From a virus: a stretch of DNA of 64,000 nucleotides. This document shows, in pieces, positions 33,372 through 41,873 of this stretch. The position numbers were made by a program, and so were the translations under genes. The notes beneath the pieces are model-generated. The model saw only the letters and a list, made by a program, of their open reading frames with translations. It searched no databases and was not told the DNA's origin. The stretch covers positions 24,293-88,292 of IMG/VR virus record IMGVR_UViG_3300045988_164842; one strand, written 5' to 3'. Position 1 is the stretch's first letter. Every line of letters begins with the position of its first letter.

Positions 33372-34546
33372 AAAAAGCGAACCTGAAATTTCAGGCCACC
33401 TTAACGCCTGTAAAAGCGATTAATCCTGAACTTACTTTGTGTGAGTGCTTGGTTCAGTCTATAGGAAAAAACAACAACTACACGAATTTCAGCTATGACA
33501 ATGTACTCAAAGCGTTGCCTACGCTTGATGGTATTCCTGTCATCGGACACGTCATGCAGAAACCTGACGGTACGCCGTATGTTGGCGGACATGATGAAAG
33601 TGTTGTCGTAGATGATGATGGTAACGTCAACGTGCAGGCTGTAACCGTTCCATATGGTTTTGTATACCCTGAAACTTCTCAGATTGTAAAAATCGTAGAG
33701 AACGGTGAGGTTAAAAATTACGTCAAGTGTGATGTTGTTCTCTGGACTGGACGATATCCTGAAATTGTTGAAGCAGGCTACAATAACTCAATTGACTACT
33801 GGCAGAGTATGGAGATTGAGTATTCAAATGCTGTTGATTTACAGGAAGATAAAAGATATCTGGATATTGTTGATTACTGGTATCAGGCTTTATGTCTTCT
33901 TGGAAAATCAGATACAGCAGATTACAACACAGAGCCTTGCTTTCCGTCTGCGAGCGTAAAGGCTTATAGTCTTTTGACAGACGAAACCTTTAAGAAAGAA
34001 TTTGAAAAATTCAAGCAGATTGTTAGCAAGAGTTACAAGAAAGAACCAGAGGTGAAAAACATGAGCGATATAAATACACTTGTAGCAGAGCCGTCTACAG
34101 AAACAGACACAAACAAAGGCTATTCTGACCTCGAAAGTGTTTACAAAGCAAAAATTGAATTGCTTGAACAGCAGTACAAGGCACTTTCAAAGGAGTTTGA
34201 AACTTACAAATCAGAGTACACAACCCCGGATTCCGAAGTGCAGGAACTTAGAGATTACAAAGCAACAAAGGAATTTGAAGAACACAAGGCGGAAATGGAA
34301 GCTGTCTTTGCGGACTTTGAAGACCTTAAATGCTTTACAGAATTTAAAGCTCTCATGGCTGATTATTCGGCTTATGAAACGGCAGACGCACTCAGAAATG
34401 CTTGCTATGTAATTAGGGGGAAGAACGCCCAGACGGTTACATATTCAAAGCAGGTACAGACGCAGAAAGTTCCTGTTTATGACAATCCGCCAAAGGACAC
34501 TGACGATGACCCTTACGGTGGAGAATTTAAGGAATATTTTGAGTAA
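33368..34546 (+). CDS. scaffolding protein candidate
   Basis: 392 aa; long C-terminal coiled-coil segment (KAKIELLEQQYKALSKEFETYKSEY..); positioned between portal and capsid. Confidence 0.55.
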   Translation: MKKANLKFQATLTPVKAINPELTLCECLVQSIGKNNNYTNFSYDNVLKALPTLDGIPVIGHVMQKPDGTPYVGGHDESVVVDDDGNVNVQAVTVPYGFVYPETSQIVKIVENGEVKNYVKCDVVLWTGRYPEIVEAGYNNSIDYWQSMEIEYSNAVDLQEDKRYLDIVDYWYQALCLLGKSDTADYNTEPCFPSASVKAYSLLTDETFKKEFEKFKQIVSKSYKKEPEVKNMSDINTLVAEPSTETDTNKGYSDLESVYKAKIELLEQQYKALSKEFETYKSEYTTPDSEVQELRDYKATKEFEEHKAEMEAVFADFEDLKCFTEFKALMADYSAYETADALRNACYVIRGKNAQTVTYSKQVQTQKVPVYDNPPKDTDDDPYGGEFKEYFE

Positions 34547-34558
34547 AGGAGAAGATAT

Positions 34559-35065
34559 ATGGCAAATAAGCACATTGTTTGTATAACTGACGCTATGTCA
34601 GGTACAGATGTTCGTACGGATATTCAGTGTGGTAAGTATTTCTATAATGACCTTACATTCATGGATATTGACAATGGAAGATTTCTCAAGATTGATAAGC
34701 TTATAAACAGAAATATGTACAAGCTTGTTCCTGCGGAAGATACAACGCCTATTGACCAGTTGGCTCTTGTTGCTTCACCTGAATTTCTTCCAGACCCACG
34801 TTATCAGTGTCTTGATGATTTCTACAACCCGGCAGGTGAAGCTATTCGTTTCTACAGACTGAAACCGCATGACAAATTCAGCCTTAGCAAACTCGGCTTT
34901 CTTACTACACCAAAGGTTGGCGATAAGGCGTTTCTCAGCAAAGGTTCTCCGTCAAGCCTTTCCACTGCAACGACAACATCAAGTGATACAACTGCAATCG
35001 GGGAAATCATTGACGCATTCATTCTCGGCGGTATTCAGTTTTATACTGTCGAAGTCGGAAAGTGA
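34559..35065 (+). CDS. head-module protein (168 aa), function unknown
   Basis: Strong AAAGGAG SD; lies between the scaffold and capsid genes. Confidence 0.6.
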   Translation: MANKHIVCITDAMSGTDVRTDIQCGKYFYNDLTFMDIDNGRFLKIDKLINRNMYKLVPAEDTTPIDQLALVASPEFLPDPRYQCLDDFYNPAGEAIRFYRLKPHDKFSLSKLGFLTTPKVGDKAFLSKGSPSSLSTATTTSSDTTAIGEIIDAFILGGIQFYTVEVGK

Positions 35066-35076
35066 GAGGTGATAAT

Positions 35077-36102
35077 ATGACACCAGAAGAAAGAAGAAAT
35101 AAAAAAGCGAACATTATTTCATACATAATGGACGTTATCCACGGAAAAGCAAAGAAGTACGGAAACGAAGATAAAAAGAAGCAGAATGAAATTATCCGCA
35201 AAAAGCTTATCGAGTGTAATGACGGTGCAATTCCTCATTCTTTCCGTGACATAAATAAGAAAAGTCTTGCTTTTGAAATTATAGAAGAAGTTATCACTAT
35301 AACTTCAAGAGAGGGTCTTTCTGAAAATGATTTTTACAACAACTACGTTGAAGAAAAGACTGTCGGATATGGTGATATCTGTTCATTTAAGATTAAAAGA
35401 GAGTGGGACTACGTAATGGCGGAAGCTTCGAGAGGTCTTCGTGAAGTTCGTCGTCAGCGTATTAACATGGGGGAAACCCTGACACTCACTCCAAAAATCC
35501 ATGAAATCACTGTGTATGATGAATACATTCGTGTTCTTTCAGGTCAGACAACTATTTCCGAAATGATTGAAGCTGTAACTAAAGCAAAGAAGAATGCAAT
35601 CTTTCAGGACATTTACACAGCTTTTCTCGGCGTTGGTTCAAAAGACCTTGGTACAAGATTTGCCCCGGTAGCAGGTACATATTCAGAGGACGCACTGCTT
35701 GACCTTGTTACAGCAGTTCAGGCGGCTAATAACGGTGGAAATGTCGTTATCCTCGCAACGCTTAAGGGAGCAAGAAAAATTCGTGCTACAGACGGTTCTG
35801 AAACAGGCAAGCAGAACATTTACGACTACGGCTATGAACTTAAATGGAATGGTATCCCTGTTGAAATTATTCCGCAGAAGTTCAAAGCAGGTACGGATGA
35901 GTTTATCTTTGACGACAATATTATTTATGTCATGCCTCTTTTAGGCGAAAAACCTATCAAGGTTTGTCATTTTGGTAGCGATTATCTCCGTGTTGGCGAG
36001 CCTACCGACAATCACGATATGACGATTGACACAACTCTTATTTCTTTGTGGAACATCGCTGTTTTGGTTGGTAGAGAATGGGGCGTTTATAAGATGACCT
36101 GA
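35077..36102 (+). CDS. major capsid protein candidate
   Basis: 341 aa; GAGAGGTG SD; followed by a strong terminator; correct position and size for an HK97-fold capsid protein. Confidence 0.65.
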   Translation: MTPEERRNKKANIISYIMDVIHGKAKKYGNEDKKKQNEIIRKKLIECNDGAIPHSFRDINKKSLAFEIIEEVITITSREGLSENDFYNNYVEEKTVGYGDICSFKIKREWDYVMAEASRGLREVRRQRINMGETLTLTPKIHEITVYDEYIRVLSGQTTISEMIEAVTKAKKNAIFQDIYTAFLGVGSKDLGTRFAPVAGTYSEDALLDLVTAVQAANNGGNVVILATLKGARKIRATDGSETGKQNIYDYGYELKWNGIPVEIIPQKFKAGTDEFIFDDNIIYVMPLLGEKPIKVCHFGSDYLRVGEPTDNHDMTIDTTLISLWNIAVLVGREWGVYKMT

Positions 36103-36116
36103 TAGGGTCTATATAC

Positions 36117-36147
36117 AGGGCATGGGCGACTATGCCCTTATTTTTTT
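36117..36147 (+). terminator. rho-independent terminator after the capsid gene
   Basis: AGGGCAT (36117-36123) / ATGCCCT (36132-36138), then TTATTTTTTT. Confidence 0.75.
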
Positions 36148-36166
36148 AAGAAAGCGAGGGAGAAAT

Positions 36167-36655
36167 TTGGCTGTAAAAACAAAAAAGGAAACACCTGTAG
36201 AAGAAACAAAGAAAGAAAAGCCTGAGTTTGACCGCAATCAAGAAGTTGCCGTCATTAACGGATTTGACGGAAAGATTGTTTACACATCAAAAAACGGCAT
36301 ATATTCTTTTGAGATGAATAGTTTTGGTGACAAAGAATATATCCCTGTCAGTGAACTTATTGTCATGAAGAATACAGCTTCATCTTTTTTCAAGAACAAC
36401 TGGCTTTTGTTTGAGGATAAAAAAGTAATTGACTATCTGGGCGTTTCAAAGTTCTATCAGGGGACTTTGAGTGTAGAAGAAATTGACGCTCTTTTCGATT
36501 TGCCAACTGATAAAATGGTAGAAACAATTGCTCATATGCCTGAATGTCAGAAACGAAATATCCGTTTTAGAGCGGTTCAGGTTGTTTCAAATGGTTCAAT
36601 CGACAGCAACAAAAAGATTTCAGCCATCAAAGGTGCTTTCGGAATAGGTGATTAA
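36167..36655 (+). CDS. virion-module hypothetical protein
   Basis: TTG 36167 lies 5 nt after GAGGGAG. The track ATG 36122 lies inside the terminator stem. Confidence 0.6.
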   Translation: MAVKTKKETPVEETKKEKPEFDRNQEVAVINGFDGKIVYTSKNGIYSFEMNSFGDKEYIPVSELIVMKNTASSFFKNNWLLFEDKKVIDYLGVSKFYQGTLSVEEIDALFDLPTDKMVETIAHMPECQKRNIRFRAVQVVSNGSIDSNKKISAIKGAFGIGD

Positions 36656-36656
36656 T

Positions 36657-37121
36657 ATGACTTCATACGAAGAAATCTTTCAAATGTTTTTGCGTAGAGT
36701 ACAAGACCATGAAATCTTGAAATACAATTCGGCTATCCGTGAAGACTTACTTGAAAATATGCTCATTTCAGCCTGTAGTGAAATCTCCATTTTGGCAGGT
36801 GATAAAGATGGATTACCCGAGCTACAGCGAAATGACGATGGAAAAGAGTTTGCAAGCGACCTTAGTTATCAACTGAAAGATGTTATCGTTATGGGTATGG
36901 TTTATCTATGGTGTGAACGCTGCCTTAACGATACGGATAACTTTGTAAATGTATTGTCTGTCAATGGCTTGTCACAGTATTCACCTGCGAATCTTCTCTC
37001 TCAGCTTTTATCTATACGAGATAACAGCAAATATAACTTTGAAGTCAGGGCTATTCAGTGTGGTAATCAACTCGTAGGTTTCGGAAATCTCAGACCGCCG
37101 AAATTAGAAAGGACGAGCTGA
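36657..37121 (+). CDS. head-tail joining protein candidate (154 aa)
   Basis: ATG follows AGGTGA; position only. Confidence 0.5.
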   Translation: MTSYEEIFQMFLRRVQDHEILKYNSAIREDLLENMLISACSEISILAGDKDGLPELQRNDDGKEFASDLSYQLKDVIVMGMVYLWCERCLNDTDNFVNVLSVNGLSQYSPANLLSQLLSIRDNSKYNFEVRAIQCGNQLVGFGNLRPPKLERTS

Positions 37122-38071
37122 TGGACTGGACTATATACGAAAACCTTGTTTCTGTTTGCGGTTCTGACAAAAGAGAAAGAATTCTTAATCACTCTAAAGA
37201 GATTATCAGAAAAAGAGATTTGGAATTTGTAGGCTGTAAAGATGTTATCATAGGCGGTCAAAATCAAAAGCTTGTAATAAGCAATGGAACAAGTGACTCC
37301 GAAAAGAAAATCAAATCACTTCCCGATGAAACATTTTATCTTGGTGATTATGTTCAATTCCGTGAAGCTTTCTGGCTTGTAACATCTGTAAATTTAGACG
37401 ATGAAGTTTTCCGTTCAGGAACTATGACACTCTGTAACTTTGAAATTAGGTGGCAAAGAAAATCTGATAACGAAATAATTTCACGATGGTGTGTAGCTGA
37501 AAGTTCTGAAAAAGCAAGTGTAGATACTCAAAAGGTTCTCCGGTCGGCGAACGAGGAATTTGTTATTAAAGTTCCTTGTGATGAGGAAACGTCACAAATA
37601 GACATTAATAGGCTTCTGATGATTTGCTATAAAGGTGGTAAACAAAAGACGTATCGGGTTACAAACACAAATCCTATTGATAACGCTGTTCCATCTGAAA
37701 ACAAAGGCTACATTGTATGGAATGTGCGTCAAACGGCTTATTCAGATGAAAAGGATAATTCCGAATTACTTATTGCTGACTATGATGAAACAAAACCTAC
37801 AGAACCTGTAAGGATAACGTATTCCGGACTACCTGAGATTCGTATTGGTAACAGGGGGAAAACCTTTACCGCTGAAACCGATAAGCAAGTTACGTGGAGA
37901 TATGTTTCACTTCCTGCCGATACTATGAAAATCTCGGCAAAACAAGATGATAATAAGTATGTAGTAAAAGTTGACAATGATTTTTCTCTTATAGGCAAAA
38001 CTATTAAACTGGTATGTTCTGTAGACGGAACAGAGTCTGTTTTGCTTATAAGTATTATAGGGGGTGTGTAA
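37121..38071 (+). CDS. virion-module hypothetical protein (316 aa)
   Basis: Start overlaps the upstream stop (TGATG); position only. Confidence 0.6.
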   Translation: MDWTIYENLVSVCGSDKRERILNHSKEIIRKRDLEFVGCKDVIIGGQNQKLVISNGTSDSEKKIKSLPDETFYLGDYVQFREAFWLVTSVNLDDEVFRSGTMTLCNFEIRWQRKSDNEIISRWCVAESSEKASVDTQKVLRSANEEFVIKVPCDEETSQIDINRLLMICYKGGKQKTYRVTNTNPIDNAVPSENKGYIVWNVRQTAYSDEKDNSELLIADYDETKPTEPVRITYSGLPEIRIGNRGKTFTAETDKQVTWRYVSLPADTMKISAKQDDNKYVVKVDNDFSLIGKTIKLVCSVDGTESVLLISIIGGV

Positions 38072-38554
38072 ATGGCGAACTCAACGTGTATTTCCGAGTG
38101 GAAAAACAAAATACTTTCGGAGATTGAAAATGACGACCTGATTATTAAAGTTCTTGATGTTTCTGATGAAGAACTCGAAGGTGATTTGAGATATACGAGA
38201 TTATTTCCATACGACTTCATTCCCGAAGTAGAAGATGAAGTAAAAACCTTTATCACTGTTTCTATATCTGTTACACGAATTTCAGACGATGGTAAGTGGT
38301 GCTTTCCGAAAATTTTCATGAGAGTAATTGGTCATCAACGCCATATGCAACTCAAACTTCCTACAATCTCAAAAACCCGAATGGATTATCTTGCTGAATT
38401 ACTCGACAAAAAATTCAACGGCAGACGTGACTTTGGTTATTCAGGACTTGTTCTCCAGTCGAATATTGAGGATAATCTCAATGACCGCTTCAAATATAGA
38501 CAACTTATCTTTGAAGCCACAGATTTAAATGATAGTGTGTGTGATACAACATGA
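38072..38554 (+). CDS. virion-module hypothetical protein (160 aa)
   Basis: ATG directly abuts the upstream TAA. Confidence 0.6.
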   Translation: MANSTCISEWKNKILSEIENDDLIIKVLDVSDEELEGDLRYTRLFPYDFIPEVEDEVKTFITVSISVTRISDDGKWCFPKIFMRVIGHQRHMQLKLPTISKTRMDYLAELLDKKFNGRRDFGYSGLVLQSNIEDNLNDRFKYRQLIFEATDLNDSVCDTT

Positions 38555-39285
38555 GTTGCTATAATCACAATTTGTCAGCTATTTATTTTGGTGAAGACAT
38601 TGAGATTAATAACAAAATTTCAATTCATCAGCCGACATTAAGAGAGATTGCGTTGTTTGGTGAGGAAGATTATTTCTCTCTTGTGAATTTGCTTACTGCA
38701 ACGCCATTTGACCTTATCGCTCAACTTGACGACATAGGTATTGACTTCACTGAAATATCTTGCTTTGATTTATTTTGTATTATCGCTTCATCTTTATCTG
38801 TAGAAAAAACAAAAATATTGTTTGGTGATAATATTGACTTCACACGCATGAGGGTATGTAAGAACACGGCAGATGATGAGATTTGTCTTAGCGACCCTAC
38901 AAAAAAAATCATCATCAATCAGTACACACAAATACTGCTTGCAAACGCAATTAGGCAAGTGCATGGATTAAAAAAGAACCAATTTACAAGAGTAAAAGAC
39001 GAATTCACAAGAAAAGCAATGATACGCAATGCACGAGAGAAACTTATGATTCAAAAAATGAAGCCACAAGAAAGCGTGTTACAACCTTTAATCTCCTTTT
39101 GTGTGAATGCAGGAGGCTTAGGTTGTGATTTTTTTTCTATTCAGCAAGTTCCTATAGGTGCTTTCATGGATAGCATAAAAAGGCTTCAAATAATTAAATC
39201 CATTGATAATATGTTTAGTTATTCAGGTGCTGTAGATTTAAGCAAAGTAAAAACAAAAGACTTGGATTATTTAAGAATAATTTAA
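38551..39285 (+). CDS. virion-module hypothetical protein (244 aa)
   Basis: ATGA overlap with the upstream gene. Confidence 0.6.
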   Translation: MSCYNHNLSAIYFGEDIEINNKISIHQPTLREIALFGEEDYFSLVNLLTATPFDLIAQLDDIGIDFTEISCFDLFCIIASSLSVEKTKILFGDNIDFTRMRVCKNTADDEICLSDPTKKIIINQYTQILLANAIRQVHGLKKNQFTRVKDEFTRKAMIRNAREKLMIQKMKPQESVLQPLISFCVNAGGLGCDFFSIQQVPIGAFMDSIKRLQIIKSIDNMFSYSGAVDLSKVKTKDLDYLRII

Positions 39286-39301
39286 AAGAAAGGAAATTAA
39301 T

Positions 39302-40120
39302 ATGGCGATGAAAACAGATATTAACAACCTCATCATCAAGAGTGTTGACCGTGGTTATGGTATTTACAGAGCAGACGGTTCTACCAACTGGTATCTTTCA
39401 CAGATAAGTAACCTTGACATCAAAACTGAGGGAGAAAAAGTCACAAAGAATGACGCACAGGAAATACCTGTAGCCACTTTCTGGAAATCAAAAAATGTTA
39501 CTGTTACTGGAAACACTTCTTTTTTCAGTCTTGACTTTACTGCGGCACAGTGGGGGACAAAAAAAAGACTTGCTACCTCCACTGATAAGATTGAAACGCC
39601 GTACAGCGAGGATTTTAAAACTGTAGCTTCTCAGACTACATATACTCTTAAACACACACCTTGTGGCGTAAAAGGTGCTGAAATAAAGAGTATTATGTCG
39701 ATATCAAGAGACGATGCTATCACAAAGATATATAAACTCGGCACAGGTACTGCTACAGAGACAACATTTTTACTCGATGCTGACAAAAAGCAAATTACAC
39801 TTCCTACAGGTATTGAAGCTGGTACACGTTTCTTTATTCCATATACATATCTTTCATCAAGCTCTGTTGTGGTAGTCAACTCTGCAAAAGAATTTCCTCG
39901 GGCTGAAAAGATTGTATTTGAAGTTACAGGATACACCACTTGTGACACAGAAACTTCTATTGGTTTCTATATTGTAATGGAAAATGGTACTCTTTCTGTA
40001 AACTCTGAAATTCCTTTGGGTACAACTGATGAAATTCCATTTGAAATCAGCGCCGCACAGGATTACTGTTCTGACGATAAAGACCTTATTAAAATTATCG
40101 TTCCGGGCGATGCAGAATAA
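39302..40120 (+). CDS. major tail protein candidate
   Basis: 272 aa; strong AAAGGAAA SD; beta-rich T/S/V composition; upstream of the chaperone-like and tape measure genes. Confidence 0.55.
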   Translation: MAMKTDINNLIIKSVDRGYGIYRADGSTNWYLSQISNLDIKTEGEKVTKNDAQEIPVATFWKSKNVTVTGNTSFFSLDFTAAQWGTKKRLATSTDKIETPYSEDFKTVASQTTYTLKHTPCGVKGAEIKSIMSISRDDAITKIYKLGTGTATETTFLLDADKKQITLPTGIEAGTRFFIPYTYLSSSSVVVVNSAKEFPRAEKIVFEVTGYTTCDTETSIGFYIVMENGTLSVNSEIPLGTTDEIPFEISAAQDYCSDDKDLIKIIVPGDAE

Positions 40121-40131
40121 AGGTGTTTGCG

Positions 40132-40428
40132 ATGCCGGAAATGTATAACCATGAATGTATCATCTGTGGCAAGAAGTATAAGTATTGTGATAAATGTAAG
40201 CAATACGGTAACTGGCGTACTATCGCTGATGTCCCTGAACACTATCAGCTTCATTTACTCATTCAGGAACATCGAAACGATATAATCTCAGACGATGAAT
40301 TTATTGAAGCTATCGCACGTCACGATATAACTTCTCCATCTGACTATAAAGACTTTCTCCCAGAAGTTTCAAAGTATATAGATGATGTGTTCACAAAAAC
40401 AAAGAAAAATAAGAATAAAGGGAGATAA
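40132..40428 (+). CDS. small zinc-ribbon protein (98 aa)
   Basis: CIICGKKYKYCDKC; ATG 40132 follows AAAGGTG. Confidence 0.55.
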   Translation: MPEMYNHECIICGKKYKYCDKCKQYGNWRTIADVPEHYQLHLLIQEHRNDIISDDEFIEAIARHDITSPSDYKDFLPEVSKYIDDVFTKTKKNKNKGR

Positions 40429-40433
40429 TTGAA

Positions 40434-40463
40434 AAGGGGGAGAAAATCCCCCTTATTTTTTTT
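40434..40463 (+). terminator. rho-independent terminator
   Basis: AAGGGGG (40434-40440) / CCCCCTT (40448-40454), then T-run to 40463. Confidence 0.75.
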
Positions 40464-40466
40464 ACT

Positions 40467-40943
40467 ATGAGGTATTTAGGATTAGACCAAGCTACTAAAG
40501 TCACAGGGTATGCCGTGTTTGACGATAGCAAGCTTGTAGAAAGCGGAATACTCGAAATTCCGAACGCTGAAAGGTTTGACATAAGTCAACGTTTTTATAT
40601 TATGAGCAAAAAAATTTCTACACTTGTAGAAAAAGTGAAACCTGATTTAGTCGCTATAGAAGACGTTCAGTTCCAGAGAAACTTCCTGACATATCAGAAA
40701 CTTGCAAATTTTCAGGGGATAGTTTTTCAAATACTCTTTGAACGTGACATTCCATACACTATAGTTGAACCGTCAAAATGGAAATCTTTCCTGAACGTCA
40801 GAGGTAAAAAGCGTGAGGAACAAAAACAAGATACCATAAAAAAGATACATCAAAAATTCGGAGTATCAGCAAAAGAAGATGAAAGTGATGCTATTGGAAT
40901 TGCGTGGTGGACTATCAGTAATTGTAAAGGTGGAAAAATATGA
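40467..40943 (+). CDS. ruvC: RuvC-like Holliday junction resolvase
   Basis: YLGLDQATKVTGYAVF (first catalytic Asp), LVAIEDVQFQ, ESDAIGIAWW. Confidence 0.8.
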   Translation: MRYLGLDQATKVTGYAVFDDSKLVESGILEIPNAERFDISQRFYIMSKKISTLVEKVKPDLVAIEDVQFQRNFLTYQKLANFQGIVFQILFERDIPYTIVEPSKWKSFLNVRGKKREEQKQDTIKKIHQKFGVSAKEDESDAIGIAWWTISNCKGGKI

Positions 40944-41392
40944 ACATTAAAAGAAATATTGACTTCTCAAAGGAACTTGACTTCGTAGACTATGTAGTTG
41001 ACAAGACTTTCCCTGTAGACGAGAAAGGAAGATACTATGTAGCAGGAGCAAAAGATTTTTGGTTCAAAGTTGCCATTGTAGAATTTTTTACTGACGAAGA
41101 TATTATCGGCGAATGTGAAGCTGACATAAATAAGATTGCCGACAAGCTGTATGAGCCGAATTTTATCAACGATATCATTAAGGTAATAGACAAAAGCCAA
41201 ATGAAGCGTATCAAGGCGAATGTCGATGAAATGATTACTTTCCATAAAGAAAAGCTTATACACGATATAGGTGTAAAAGAGTTTCTTAAAGTCTTTTCAG
41301 CGACACTTGAAAATGCGACAAAAGGCGTGGAAAATGCATTCTCGGAAATGCTTCCCATAAAGGAAAGTGATGTAGTTGTCGAACCTGAATGA
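40940..41392 (+). CDS. hypothetical protein (150 aa), tail assembly chaperone position
   Basis: Acidic; immediately upstream region of the tape measure; position only. Confidence 0.5.
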   Translation: MNIKRNIDFSKELDFVDYVVDKTFPVDEKGRYYVAGAKDFWFKVAIVEFFTDEDIIGECEADINKIADKLYEPNFINDIIKVIDKSQMKRIKANVDEMITFHKEKLIHDIGVKEFLKVFSATLENATKGVENAFSEMLPIKESDVVVEPE

Positions 41393-41858
41393 GAAAGTTC
41401 GTGCTTATCTAAGAAAAAGCGGTAGAAAAAGTATTGTTAATAATAATGCTGGTGAAATTGGTTCATACCTGCAAAAATGTATTCAGGAACAAATTGACAC
41501 GTACTATATGAGTTACACTCCTATTCAGTATACGAGAACAAATCGTTTTAGTCACTCTTTGAATGATTATGAACTTGTTCAGTTTCCTGATGGATTTAAT
41601 ATAAAACTCTCATTTAATAGCAACGGTGTTCATGTGTCTAACGATAGAAGAACTGTGTTTGTTCCTAACTTGCTTGATTTAGGTTGGCAACACTCCAGTT
41701 GTTCATCACGATGTAGTAAATCTTATTATTATCATAACTTTAATGGTTTTAATTTCATTGAAAAAGGTATTCAGGTTTTTAAAGCCAGGTATCCATACAT
41801 ACAAGTAACTGTAAAAAGAACTGACCAGTGGCATGGTTATTCCGAAAATTCATACTAA
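41376..41858 (+). CDS. hypothetical protein (160 aa)
   Basis: Only a TTG start is available. Overlaps the previous ORF by 17 nt in the +1 frame. Confidence 0.5.
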   Translation: MSNLNEKVRAYLRKSGRKSIVNNNAGEIGSYLQKCIQEQIDTYYMSYTPIQYTRTNRFSHSLNDYELVQFPDGFNIKLSFNSNGVHVSNDRRTVFVPNLLDLGWQHSSCSSRCSKSYYYHNFNGFNFIEKGIQVFKARYPYIQVTVKRTDQWHGYSENSY

Positions 41859-41873
41859 AGGTGGTGGTTTAAG

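Noticed and set aside
36122-36166. ATG 36122 as the start of the gene after the capsid gene
   Set aside because: The ATG lies inside the terminator stem-loop (36117-36138). An in-frame TTG at 36167 has a GAGGGAG SD at proper spacing.
40118-40285. UAA readthrough extension of the major tail candidate (54 open codons after its TAA)
   Set aside because: The extension overlaps a better ORF in another frame (zinc-ribbon protein with its own SD). Its translation is low-complexity junk, so the open frame is likely chance.
41376-41392. Programmed frameshift joining the two ORFs upstream of the tape measure (gpG/gpGT-like)
   Set aside because: The second ORF is in the +1/-2 frame, not -1. Its frame is closed by TAG at 41373-41375, leaving only a 17-nt window, and no slippery heptamer (XXXYYYZ) is present there.
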